Shown here: piece by piece, positions 13,010 to 26,375 of the stretch | How the letters are laid out: every line of letters starts with the position of its first letter | Numbering within the stretch: position 1 is the stretch's first letter | NCBI RefSeq assembly: GCF_009914755.1 | Contig: NC_060930.1 | Direction: 5' to 3' (one strand) | DNA length: 64,000 nt | Source: the human T2T-CHM13v2.0 reference genome, Homo sapiens | The notes under the pieces: generated by a model | Told to the model about the DNA's origin: nothing | Seen by the model: only the letters and a program-made list of their open reading frames with translations | Database searches by the model: none | Made by a program: the position numbers and the translations under genes

Positions 13010-13865
13010 TCATGAACATTCAAACCTGTACCTCCCTCAGCTTCCCCCATCTTAGTCATCGTTATCTCCACACACACAAGCACTCAAGCCAGAGACCTGG
13101 AATTCATTCTTAGAATCCTGTGCTTCCATCCGCAGATACTGTTGATCTCATTTCAAAATTGCATCTTATCCATCTCCATGCCTCTATGAATGGCCCAGGT
13201 ACAGACCATCATCATGTGTCACCTGCACTACTAGAGTAGCTTCCTAACTGGCCTTCTTGCTTCTCCACAAAACAGCAGGGTTGATTTTTAAAAATATAAA
13301 TCAGATTGTGTCAGTCCCTTCTTAAAATCCTCCAGAGTGAGCCTCCAAATTCTAACCACAGCTCATCAGGAGTCAGGTCCTCCGGATCCAGCCCTCCCAT
13401 GCTCAACCTTCGTCTCCTGCCATTCTCCTAGCTGCACACTGAGACACAGTCACACTGGCCTTCTTTCTCTTCTCAGTGCCAAGCTCCTCAGGCCTCAACA
13501 AGCTGGCACTTTCTACCCCTATTCCCTTGAATGCTTTGTCATGGAACTTTGAGAGGCTGGATCTGACTTATAATTTCAAGTCTCTGTTGAAATGTCATTT
13601 CCTCAGAGAAATCTTTTAGGCTTCACAATCTCTAGTAAGTCCTCTGTCTCACCGCTCACTCACTTTCCATATCACCTCGTCTTATTGTCTTTAAAGTATT
13701 TATCACTATGTTAAAGCATCTTGTTTATGGATGTGTTTATCATTCCTCATTTTCCCCTGTAGTCTCGCCCCACAGCAAATTAGAAGTTAATTTGCATGAG
13801 AGCAAGAGCCTTTGCTGTCCTGTTTTACATCGTTGATGCCTAAATGAAAAGAATGAAAGAAGATG
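13010..13865 (+). mobile_element. L2 (L2a-like) 3' region
   Basis: cactcaagccagagacctggaattcattctt...tcacctgcactac...ttcctaactggccttc...ttttaaaaatataaatcagattgtgtc...ttgcatgagagcaagagcctttgctgtcctg, ending in a tgaa-type tail. Confidence 0.8.
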
Positions 13866-16146
13866 GAGAGATCTGAGTACAACCATCAAGTGAAGGCGTA
13901 ACCAAGGGAGGCTTGAGCATACACGTAGACAGAGGGGAGGAATCTTGTGGAATAGAAGAGGATAGAGACACAGAAGAGAGGATTCATTGGTGAAATGAAG
14001 CCTCATGCATGTTAATGGGTAAATAACTTGAGTTGAGATTTATCCCGGGAAGACAAAATCCAGTTCTTTCACTCAGCTAGGAAACACCCCTGCATCCCCT
14101 TAGGAATCTGCTCTCCTTTAGAAGCAATTATCTGACTTTGCTGTGGCTGAAAAACAACACTTTGGCCAAAAGGAAGTTTCTCATTGATCAACCCTATAGC
14201 TTTAGATGTCCCTGACACTGGCCCTCAAATTCTCAATGTCTGGTTAAGGACTAGTCATAACAAAGAAGATGATTTCGTCTTAACATATGCACAGAGAACA
14301 CCTGGGCAGGGCAGAGTTCCTTAGCTTAGTTGAGCTGTTAAATTTGGAGGTATGACTTTAATAAGGATTTTATAAGTAAACCTAAAAATTGTGTGGGCCA
14401 ATCACCACCCTCTACCCAACCTATTTTACAAATGATGTGCAAAATTCAAGAGGTTGACTGAAACTCTTCCTCCCGATTTATGATTGAAGACTGTTCCCAT
14501 TCCTCATGCCATGCAGAAAAAGCCAAAAACTTTGCTTTTGTCTATCCTTCTTCCTTCTCTGCCAAAGAAGGCATAAAAATGTGCTATAAGCTCGTGTTTG
14601 GGATGGGGGAAATTACTCCTGTGGAGGTCTCCGGAATGACATGAGTATTTCACTTCAAATTCAGCCAAACCTGAGGAAATGCTTTGCCAAGTTTCTCAGG
14701 TCTCAGTCCTTTTTCTTGGTGCACTGAGTCACATCTCTTTCCAAGTTTACCAAGAATACGTCCCCTAGTAAAGGCAGAAAACAATGGCAGGATGGTAAAG
14801 CCAATCTATCTGTATATGCAGTGCAGTAATAAAGCTCTCTGGTTCATTTTTCATGCCTAAACCACCTTTTAGAGTTTTCAAATACAGTGATTTCTCTTTG
14901 TTCTTAGCAGTTGAAGTTCTGCATATGATACAGCATTAAAACAAATCTTTCATACATTTCCTTTGTCACCTGCTCGGAATCTTTGGGAGATCAAGGCTTC
15001 TTTCTGAGCACTAGGAAGTGCCTCCTCTCTCTAAGGAAACACATCAAAGACAAAAGCCCCCTCCTCCACAAATAATGAAAGAAATCAGAATATAAGCCAA
15101 AACTGAAATGGGAATGTGAGATGCTAAATGCATTAGTCACGTGTTTGTTTTCAGAGCACCTCATTTCCTGTGGCTTCTTCTCCCATGACTGGTTTCCACA
15201 AGGTTGACTAAGACCAAAGAGTGACACCGTAGTGTGATGTACTGGGCTGTCCCATTTGTCAACTTTCAATTGCTCATGAAAAAAGAGAGTTAACTCCTTC
15301 ACCACTGCCTCCTCTTTTCTCTTCCTACCCTTCTCAGAATACAAGAATTTCTTATTATCTTAGAGATCCTTGCTGCTGCTTTCTTGTGACGTTTTGTCTA
15401 CTAGAATCTGATTGAAAAGTGCTACTGTTCCTCATCCCATTTTATCCCCCAGAAAACTGGCAGTCTTGACAATTTTCTGACATTTCCAAACAGCTCAGGC
15501 TCTTCCTGCCAACTCCCAGTAGCTCTCTAAACCTTTTTAATCCCATAGAATGCAAACTAATCTACTGAGAGAAAGGCACCAGGCCTGGTCTGGCAGCTGA
15601 AGCTAGGAATGTCAGAGTGGGGAAAATGATAAATACACCTGCCACAGAGAAAGGGAGAGACACAGCCAGGCTCAGCAACACAATAAGGTTATTTAATGTA
15701 CAGAGATAGGCAGGACACTCTCCAGTACCCTCGAGTGCAAATTGCATGGAGGTGATTTGTTCAGAAATAGAAATGACAGCTATTAACAATGTGCACAGTC
15801 TCGAGGTGGCTGTGTTAGGGAAGACACAGAGATAAGGGGCAGAAATCCACCTGTGTCCCCTCAGACCACTCTCAGTTTTCCTCTGTTTGTTCCAGGGTTA
15901 CTGAAGTCAGTAGCACCTTGGGATCTACATCTCCATGCTGTGGAAGGAGGGGAATGGCTGCCTCCTAGATGGGAACCACTGGATTAAGTTAATATCAGGC
16001 TGCTCCAGAAGCAACGAAGTGACTTTGAGTAAAAGTATCTTTCTGTGCTCTCAACTCATCTCTGATCAGGAGTGGTGTGCTGGGCAAAGCATTGAGTTCA
16101 GAGTTAAATTTGAATTGGAATATTGTGAAAACATTTCTACCATCTT

Positions 16147-16436
16147 GTTTTTTGAGACTAGGTCTCACTTTATCATTTAGGCTGGAGTGCAGTGGGGTGA
16201 TCTCGGCTCACTCCAACCTTGACCTGCCAGGTTTAAGCTATCCTCCTGCCTCAGCCCCCCAAGTGGCTGTGACTACAGGTGCACAACATCCCTCCCAGCT
16301 AATTTTTTGTATTTTTTGTAAAGACGGAGTTTCACCATGTTGCCCAGTCTGGTCTCAAACTTCTGAGCTCAAGCCATCCTCCCGCCTCAGCCTCCCAAAG
16401 TGCTAGGATTAAAAGTGTAAGCCACTGCACCCAGCC
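16147..16436 (-). mobile_element. Alu (AluJ)
   Basis: gagactaggtctcact...aaccttgacctgccaggtttaagctatcctcc...ctcaagccatcctcccgcc (AluJ-type); TSD tctaccatctt at 16136-16146 and 16438-16448. Confidence 0.95.
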
Positions 16437-17116
16437 ATCTACCATCTTTCTTTTTCTTTGAGTCCATGACACCAGGTCTATGGCCTGATGTGTCCACCTA
16501 ATGAAGATATGGACACATGCTTTTAAGTGCACCTGAAGAAGGGCAAGCAGGCACACACAGACACAGAACTACAAGCCTCTGCTTTTGAATTAGAGACAAT
16601 ATATCTACAGATAGGAACTTGGAAAAGAGCTAAGGAAAAAAAATCACAGGTTAAACTAAATAGAGGTTTTCAGGGTTGCCATAGCCAAATTTTTCTAAGA
16701 TTATAAACTCCTAGAGGGCAGAGACCATATCGCTTTACTTAATTTTAAACCAGAAAGCATGAAACTATGCAGAGTTAGGTAGTTGAGAAGTTATTTGGAT
16801 GACAATGACAGTAATGACAAGATAGCTGAAACTGTTAAGCCCAAATGAAATTATGGCTTAAGCAATTTAATCATTTTCTTGGAGCAAAATGAGATTGGTT
16901 GATACATAAATGTATAATGACAGACTGAATACTGGAAACTAGACTGTTAGGCACCGTGGGAATATTGAACTTAAGTAAAAAGCCAGTCTTTCCTCTCCCA
17001 TCAACAGAGACAGATCAAATAGTGACTAGACCCTCAGATGAAACCAGAGATTCCATATCTTTCTCCTTCTTTTCTTGCAAAAGGAATATGACCAAAATTT
17101 TATCAATTTTACCTAG

Positions 17117-17178
17117 TTAAAAAATAATGTAGCCTAATATCAATTATTAAAAAATAATGTAGCCTAACGCATCAATTA
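17117..17178. repeat. ~30-bp tandem duplication
   Basis: ttaaaaaataatgtagcctaatatcaatta / ttaaaaaataatgtagcctaacgcatcaatta. Confidence 0.9.
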
Positions 17179-18506
17179 CCTTTCAAAATACTGGCCTTAA
17201 AGAACCTAGTTTTTTAAAGTACAACCTGAATTCCTATATTTTCTCATGAAAAAATTATATTGCTTCACGTGTAAACAGTATAATTGCAAGCTATTCTGAA
17301 GCTTACACTATAACCTTAAAGAAGTTGACTTTACAGAAAATTTTCTAATAATATAAATATTAGTCATAGATACATTTTTCACTTGATAATTATTTTTCTT
17401 TGACATAAAGGTCAATATTTTTCAATGCTGTAGTCATCAATTTCAAAGGAAATATTTGTGTGCTGCTTCCTGTTTCTGTTCTAAGCAGCCAATGGGCCAA
17501 CACAGCAGCTGGCTATGAGGTCAACAGAAACTAACATCTGATGCAGTATATTAGCAATTACTACAGATTCTAGAACCAGGCATTGGTGAGTTTTGGTCAA
17601 TGCTCAGAGAACAGGCAATTGAACTCTTTACAGAGCTTTCCATTTTTGAGTTCTTTCTAGAGATAGGTTTTGCTGGAAAAAAAACAAGTCATACTGACTT
17701 CATGAAAGAGGGAAAGAAAATCTTAAGTATGTGAGTATTTATAGAATCTTTAATATGCATCTCTACATATGGTCTATGTGTATATGCATGTGAGAAAAGA
17801 TTCCTGGTGTTTCTCAAGTTAGTCTAGGTTTTGAGAGTTTCTAAAAACAAGAAGACCGATCTTGAGAATTAAACAAAAAGTACTATCTTATTATAAAATT
17901 CTATTCTCTATTATGCAGAAATCCATTATATAATACACAGAACTCTGCCTTCATCAAATCTATAGAACAGTCTATGGAATTCTATCTCCAAAGATGAATC
18001 TGTGAGGTTTCAAAGGCATTGTGTCAGAATTATATAAAACGTTTGCTGAAAAAATATCAGGGAGTTCATCAAACTTAACCAGTTATTTAGCACTTAAAAA
18101 GCACCCAGAATATCTAAACTAACCCTTAAAAATCAAATTATATCAAAATGTTTTAGAATTGTCATAACCTCAGGTACATGTCTAATGAGACAATATTGAA
18201 ATATCCAAATAACACATACTAACCTTAAATAAATCCATCTCAGTAATATTATTTAAAAATTAACCAGAAAAACATACCCTTCACTCTAGGTCATCTGGAG
18301 AGCTCAGTAGCCTTCTTCTTACTGAGATAAATTTTCAGAAGTCATTAATAACAATCTCTTATCTAACTGAGAAGGATACGACTTTTACTGCAAGGAATGA
18401 TATGTGCTCCAGAAACGCAAAACAGACATTAGAAGTATCAAACACTTACTTTTGAGTTATGAATAAATAACATATTTTTGAAAAGAATGCATTATGATTC
18501 ACTTAC

Positions 18507-18587
18507 CTGTTACTTTAGCTTCATATTTACTGCAGACTCCATAAATTTTGACTGCAGTTTCACTGGAGTGTTGCTGGTCAGTGAAAT
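18507..18587 (-). other. Candidate internal exon (81 nt) of an unidentified minus-strand transcript
   Basis: Consensus donor CAG|GTAAGT and acceptor catgactgtttgctctgtgctttttcacag|A in unique sequence. Open in phase 1 as (D)FTDQQHSSETAVKIYGVCSKYEAKVT; phase 0 reads ISLTSNTPVKLQSKFMESAVNMKLK*. Peptide not recognised. Confidence 0.55.
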
Positions 18588-19504
18588 CTGTGAAAAAGCA
18601 CAGAGCAAACAGTCATGAGACAAAGTAATATTTGAATAGAGTAATGCCTTATTTTAACAACAGAAAGTTTAAGTATAAACTTATTTATTCATATGAACAA
18701 TAAAATCACTCCTCTTGTACAAGATAAAAGTCTGTTAAGTAAAAGCAACAGTTCATATAAACTGATGAGAATTGACAAAAATTTGGTCTCACAATGTCCA
18801 CTGCAATAAGCAAGGATTATATGGTTTGGGTCGAAGTTCACATACTTAAACACAAGCATATGAAACTTGAGATGATGCTGATGTAGTCGATTAAGTTTAG
18901 TCTGGTATCAGTCATTAAGAAAACATATTATCTTTACTAACGTATTATAGAAAGCAACAATAACCATCTGTGTAAAATTCATAATTTTGTAAGATCCAGA
19001 ACATAATGATAATCATTTTCTGTTTAAGACACAGGTCAGTAATTCAAAGACTGTTTCCATATCCAGATAATATCACTGTAGCTGCAATTATTTGCCTTGG
19101 CCATTACCTGAGTTCTGACCTAGGATTATTAATCCTTTATTTACTCTCCATAAATGTTATTTTAAATGTACAAGAGACCATTTTCAAGCTTTTAATTAGA
19201 ACACGTCCCACTGTTACTTCTCAAGTGTGGTTCTTCATTTGTAAGTATGAAACCATTTCTCTAGTTACCTTATTAGTAAACTGGAGTGATCTTTGAATGG
19301 GTTTTTAGGCATCTAAGGCAAATTAAGAAAAAACAGTAACATGAAAAGATGCCTTTAATTTACCACTAAGTGAAAGAGGGGGAATATGATTTGTATAAAT
19401 TATGATTATAAACAATATTAAGATCCTAGGCATGAAAAAATACCTGAAAATGCAATAGAATTACCTCAGTTGTGCTAAATTGGTAAAACTGTATTTCCTT
19501 TTTC

Positions 19505-20110
19505 TAGATCCATTTTAACAATATAATTCTTCCAATCCACAAACATATTTTCTCATTTATGTAAGAGAATTTCATACATAAATTTCTTTCATCAATGCTT
19601 CACAGTTTTCCATGTATAGATCTTTCATTTCCCTGGTTAAATTTATTTCTAAACACTTTTTCTATGGTACTGCAATTGAGATTGTTTTCTTGGTGTTTTT
19701 TCCAGATAGATCACTGTTGGTATGAAGATATGCAACTGATTTTTACATGTTGATTTTGTATCCTGCTGCTTTACTGAATTCATTTATTAGTTCTAATTGT
19801 TGAGTCTTTAGAGTTTTTGACATATAGGATCAGGTCATCTGAAGACAGGAATAATATTACTTCTTCCTTTCCAATTAGAATGCATTTTCTTTCTTTTTCT
19901 TGCCTGACCGAGCTTGCTGGTACTTTTAGTACTATGTTGAACAGAAGTGGCCTGTTCATAAATGGACTTTATTATGTCGAAGAAATCATCTTCTATATCT
20001 ATTTTGTTGACAGTTTTTTTTTTTATAATGAAAGAAGATTGAACTTTGTTGAATGCTTTTTCTGTATCTATGGAGATGATCGAGTCATTTTTATTTTTCA
20101 TTCTGTTAGT
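19505..20110 (-). mobile_element. Old L1 ORF2 (RT region) fragment, antisense
   Basis: ORF 19835-20101 has 'IISIDTEKAFNKVQ', matching the L1 RT motif IISIDAEKAFDKIQ; DNA 'ttgattttgtatcctgctgctttactgaattcatttattagttctaa'. Confidence 0.9.
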
Positions 20111-20959
20111 AGGTTACTAACACTGACTCTAATGGTAACTTTTGCTAGAGTCTTATTTGGTTTTAAGAGACCACTAAGCAGCCCTAAATGATTTGGTCCC
20201 AAAGACTTAACATAGGTTACTCCAAATTCTCTTTGAGTTTGAGTATGAGCTAGAGAAGGTCATTATTTGATGGATATAGCCAACTTAAAAATGTAATTAT
20301 ACCTTGCCATAACTAACTCCGACCTTTCTAAATACTCGTGCTTAAAATTTTGTTGAAATAATATTAAATGAATCATTTAAAAGGCCTTGCAATCATGTAG
20401 ACCAACATATTTTATTTTGTTTATGAGTCTTGTTTTTTGATATAGTTTTTCATTGTTCTAATATATTAATCCATAATTTTAGGCATCTGTGAAAATGAGT
20501 GATTACCAGAATAATCATGTCAAGTCACTGAACCCTTCTGTCATATAAATAATCAAGGAAAAACTCATTTGGCTTTTTTGTTTGTTCATTTTTTTTCTTC
20601 AGTAACCTTATTCATTTTATCATGAGGGTAGCATAATCTTCTGAATGTACCACACTGGTTGGGAGTGAAAATGTAAGGTTGAAAGAGTGAATTCATGGGT
20701 GATTGGTAAATTTTGATTATTAGAGCAAGCTGTTAAACTCCACTTTAGATTCTAAATTTGATAACAGATTATTTAATTAGCACAAACAATGCTAAAGAGC
20801 TGGTGATGTTTTAATACAGTAGCTTACTCATGTTAAGATAAATCTCTATACACTATTGGGGACTGTAAACTACCTATGTTGCTGACAGACTTCAAAGGGC
20901 CATCTTTAGGTCTCCATGTCCATTAACAGTTTGGCATCCAATTATGTTTGCTTGTAGGA

Positions 20960-21068
20960 ATTTAGAGTCCATAATTCATCATTATTTTTCAAGAGAAAGG
21001 GTGAAACTGATGCTCAGAGGTTAAATGATAAGTCCTGGGCTACATAGCTATTTAAAAGAATGGATCAG
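20960..21068 (-). mobile_element. MIR fragment
   Basis: cattatttttcaagagaaagggtgaaactgatgctcagaggttaaatgataagtcctgggctacatagcta. Confidence 0.6.
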
Positions 21069-21069
21069 A

Positions 21070-24000
21070 GCTTTTAGTTTGAGTTCAACACATAAACAGC
21101 TTGGAAGTTGTCACCCTGAACTTTGCAACAAGAAAAAAAGCTAACCTAACTAAAAATCAATAATGTTTCTTCGATAAATCTGAGGACTGTAGTCACAGAA
21201 CACACTACCACCCTGAAATCTAAAGAGACAGATGCATCCATAGAGATACAGCTCCTAAAGCTTGCCTGTCTGGAGCAGAAGCCACGGCAATCCCTAGCTG
21301 ATAGGAATGCTTAAATTGCTATTTTGATGAATTGAGAGAGGTCAAGTTCAGACTAGTGTAAGAGTGAGAAATTCTTGGGAATAGCAGTCTTAGTGAGGTC
21401 CCACACATATGTGAGCTTTTGTTACAGAAATCTCTCAAGACCTTATGATGCGGATCTGAGAAAGAACTCCTCCTAGTGTAGGCTGGGGAAGGGATGAGTA
21501 GTAATCCTAAAACCCACACAGATTCTACCCCCTAATAAGAGCCTAGTTTATAGAGGTAAGGAATTCAGCAGAGGGCAAATGTAAAACCTTATCTCAGTTC
21601 AGGGAAGGACATTCTAGTTTGGAACAGGACTTCAAGTAAATAGATTGGGAATGCCACGGCCAGGGAAGCGAGTGAGAGAACGGGGGATAAAAGCTATGCT
21701 CTTGGAAGAGGAACAGAAATACTTCTGAAGGCTTTACTTCTGAGACACGGGCCTATTAAAAGATTGAGTCCTAATAAGAAGAGTATAAAGTCCTCCTTCC
21801 CCATTCCACACCCTACCTCAACACCAACAGGCCTCTTAAATAATAAGAATGAATTATAGCTGAATGGCACAGATTTATATTTGGAGGCTTCAACACTCTT
21901 TTGTCAGTTACTGAAAGATCAAGTAGGCAGAAAATCAGTAAGATTATAGATGACCTGAATAGCACAGCAATCAACTTGATCTAATTGACAATTATGGAAT
22001 ACGCCACTCAACAGTGGCAGATTATCCATTCTTCTTAAGCTCACATGGAGCATTCATCAAGATAGACAACATTCTGGTCCACAAAATGCATATTCATACT
22101 TTTTTAGAACATAGAAATCATACAGAGTACGTTCTCAAGCCACAGCAGAATTAAACTAAAAATCAAGAAGTGAAAGACAGCTGGAATATTCCCATATATT
22201 TGGCAATTAGATAGCACACTTCTAAATAACCCGTGGAATAAAGAAAAAGTCTCAGGAGAGCGTAAAAAAAATTTTTATTTTAATGAAAATGAAAATGTAG
22301 CCTCAAAACTTGTGGAATGCAGCTAATAATATATTTATTATATATTATATTAGAAAAGAAGAAATATTAAAAACAATAATCTCAGCTTCCATTTTAGGAA
22401 ACTAGATAAAAAAGAGCAGGTCAAACCTAAAGAGAGCTGAAGAAAAAAATAATAAAATTTAAAGCAGAAGTCAATAAAATTGAAAACAGAAAGTGAGTAG
22501 GGGACATCAATTAACTCAAATTCTGTTTCTTCAAAAAGATGAATAAAAATGATAAATCTCCAGCCAGGCTAGCCAAGAATAAGAGAAAAAGGAATACTCT
22601 ACCATATTAGGAATGAATGAGAGGGATAATTACTACTGATTCACTGCACATTTAAAAGGTAAGAGAATACTATAAAAATTTTACACTCACAAATTTGATA
22701 ACTTAGATGAAATAAATTGATGACCTGATGGCACAAACTACAAAATTCTACTCAAAAAGAAATAGATAACCTGAATAGCTTTATGTCTATTAAAGAAGGT
22801 GACATCGTAGTCAAAAATCTTCCAAAAACAAAAAAGGAAACAGTTGGTCCAGCTGGATGGTAAACTTTACCAAACTTTTACATAAGAAACTAATTTTACA
22901 CAATTTTTGTCAAAAAATAGAGGCAAGAAAACCTTTAAACTCATTTTATGAGGACAGTGTTACCCTAATACCAAAACCCAATAAAGACACTGCAAGAAAA
23001 TAAAACCAGAGAGTAATTTTTAATGAATATAGAGATAAAAATCCTCAACAAAATACGAGCTAGTCAAATCTATTAATATATAAACAGGACAATGCCTCAT
23101 AACCAAGTGGAATTTACAACAGGAATGCAAGGCTGGTTTAGCATTCAAAAATTAATCAATGTAATCGATTAGATGACAGACTGAGAAAAACAATATGATT
23201 GTATCAATAGATTTTTATAAAGAGCATTCAACAAAATGAAAGACCAACTCATAATAAAATGCATGCAAAACTAGAAGTAAAAGGGAATGTTCTTAACGTA
23301 ATAAAGAGGATATACTAAAAATCTACAGCTAACAGCATATTTATGAGACGTTGAACACTTTCCCATTAACATCAAGAACAAGGAAAAGCTGTTCTCTCTT
23401 ATTATTCCTATTCGAATTCAAAATAAAATCCATAGGTAGTGCCAGTAAGGCAAAAAGAAGAAATACAACTATCTTCTCCTGCTGATGAGATGATGGTCTT
23501 TGTAATAACCCTACAGAATCTACTGAAAAAGACATTTCTGAGACTAATAAGCAAGTATAGCAAGGTTGTGGGATGAAAGGTAAATCTTCAGATCTAATTG
23601 CTTTCTTTCTTATATACCAATAATGAACCACTGGAATGTAATATTTAAAAAACTATTTGAAATAGCACTGAAAATGAGAGTTACATAAATCTAAAATATA
23701 TATATGTATAGAATCTATATGCAGAAAACACTTGTAAAAGAAATCAAATATCTAAATAAATGAAGAGATATTCCATATTCATGGATTAGAAGATGCAATA
23801 TTTTTAAGATGTTAACTTTCCCTAATTTGGTCTATAGACTCAACAGTCTCAAACAAAGTCCTAAGAATTTTTTATAGATGTCAACCAACTGATTGTAAAA
23901 TGTATATGGAAAAGCAAAAGTCCTCTAATAGTTTCTCCTAGGTCCATTATTCTTCTAAAAAAGAACAAAGTTTACATTACTGAATTTCATGACTTACTAT

Positions 24001-26375
24001 AAAGTTATCAGAATCAAGATAGTGTGGTATTGGACAAAAAAAAAAAAGATATGTAGATGAGTAGGGTGTAGAGCTCAGAAGTAGACTCACACAAATATAG
24101 CCAACTGATTTTGACAAAGGTTCAAAGGCAATACAATAAAATAATGATAATCTGTTCATCACATGATACTGCAACACTTGGATGTCCATACACACACAAA
24201 GAACTCAAAGACCTCAAAATTGCCCAAAAATTAAATAAAAGTGGATCAAAGACACAACTATACAATGCAAAATATAAAAATTCTAGAAAAAAAGCTGCAT
24301 GATCTTAGACTTGGTGATGAATTTTTAAATACAACACCAAAAACATGATCTATGAAATAAAAATGATTCAATGGACTTCATTAAAATTAAAAACATTTGC
24401 TCTGTGAAACTCAGTACCAAAAGAATGAAAAGACAGGCCACAGGCAGAGACAATGTATTTGCAAATCACAAAGCGAATAAAGGATTTATGTCTAGAATAT
24501 ACACAGAATTTTAAAACTCAATAATATGGAAACAAAGACAAAATTGAAAAAGTAAGTAGATGATTGGAACAGATAGATACTTCACAACAGAAGGTGTACA
24601 GATAGCAAATAACATATGAAAAGATGCTCAATACCATTTGTCATTAGGGAAATACAAATTAAAACAATGAGATGCCACTACACACCTAATGGAATAGGTA
24701 AAAGGGGTTGGGTACGGGAACATGAAAATACTAATTGCTGGCAAAAATGAGGAACAATAGGAACTTTCATGCTGCAATTTTGGAAAACACTTTCAATTTC
24801 TTACAAAGCTAAACATAGTCTTAATATTTAATCTAGCAATAATTCTTCTAGATAGTTCAAAACGATTTGAGAACTTATATCCACAAGAACAAAAACGCTG
24901 CATGTGAATATTTTTTCAATTTTATTTATAATTGTCAAAGACTAGAAGCAACCAAGATGTTCTTCAATAAGTGAGTGGATAAACAAACTGTGGTATATCC
25001 ATACAATGGAATACTGCATAATAATAATAAAAAATGAGCTATCAAGCCATATAAAGTCATGGATGACTCTTAAATGAGTATTCCTACGTGAATAAAGCCA
25101 GAAGGCTATATACTGCAGGGTTCCAAGGCAAAAACTATAAAAATGTAAAACAGGTCAGAGGTTACCAAGGTTTGGGGAAGCTTTTGGATAAACATGCAAA
25201 ACATGAAGGATTTTTAGGGCAGTGAAACTATTTTATATATTACTACCATGGTGGATGCTGCAATAACCCTGTGTAATAACCCACTAACAATAGTACAAAG
25301 AGTGAATCAATAAAAGGAACCAGGCCTCCTTGAAGAAATAGATAATGCCAGGGCTGGGACAGAGAATAAACAAGATGATCCTGAAGCTTTATGTAGTGCC
25401 AGAAATTATGGAAGTGCTCAGAAAACGCAATGATGGGTGCGTGTCAAAGCAACACTGGAAATATCTCTCAATGGTCCAAGCTAGAACAATCTGATCAATA
25501 AAATAAATAATATGGTATTGGATTATAACCCACAGTATACAGTAAATATCCATGAGTCAATACTGATATAAGTCAGTGACAGAAATGTATTGTGTCGATG
25601 GAGATGTACACAATTCTATCAATGAAGATGTACACAAAACCTCCCAGAGAAATGCCAAATAATTTTTGTAAATGTTCATCCCTCAAAGTGTTTACACAAA
25701 ACTCTCTACTTAGTGCACTGCACACTAAGTACAGTATGGAGGAGGGGGAAAAAGAAACTTTACAGTGCAGAAACATGACAGATGCTACTTCACCCAACTG
25801 GTCAATATTAACATTGACAAATCACATTGATAACATGTACCTTTGATGATACGATAGAACAGTAGTTTTCCCCTGTGAACTTCCTGCCTCAAACCCATAA
25901 CCCCAACCCATTAACCATGAGAAAAAACATCAGAAAAAAACATGAGGGACATTCTACCTGACATTGGAGATTAAATTTTTCAAATCAAGAGGGCATTAAA
26001 GGGATCTTCTAAATAAATGCAGTGATGAAGAGGTTCCACTTTGTGGGTGCCTGTAGCTTTTCTCCATTAATTCACAAAACTGTCAGATCTTCCAAAACAA
26101 GGTAAGTGTGAACAATCCTTATTTTAAAAGAGGAACTAAATGGAACATGATGACTAAATGCAATGTGGTACCTTGGACAGGATCCTGGAATGGAAAAAAA
26201 AAATAGAGAAAAAATGGTGACATCTGAATAAAGCATGGACTTCGGTTATAATAATATATCAACATTAATTCATTAACTGGGACAAATGTACCATAGTAAT
26301 TTTAACAACAGTGAAAACTGGCAGCTGAATATACAGGAACTCCGTAATATACTTGTAACTTCACTAAAAAAAAAA
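21070..26375 (+). mobile_element. Large old L1 (L1MC3/4-like): 5' region, ORF2 remnant and long 3' UTR
   Basis: 5'-type sequence to ~21860, then the ORF2 EN domain ('ggaggcttcaacactcttttgtcag...agatcaagtaggcagaaaatcagtaag'), RT region ('ggaatgcaaggctggtttagcattc'), and an L1MC-type 3' UTR ('aaaaggaaccaggcctccttgaagaaat...ccagggctgggacagagaa') ending in polyA at ~26366-26379. Heavily frameshifted. Confidence 0.88.

Noticed and set aside
20303-20340. 38-nt minus-strand micro-exon (AAG|GTATAA donor)
   Set aside because: The acceptor lacks a polypyrimidine tract and the donor is weak; not supportable.
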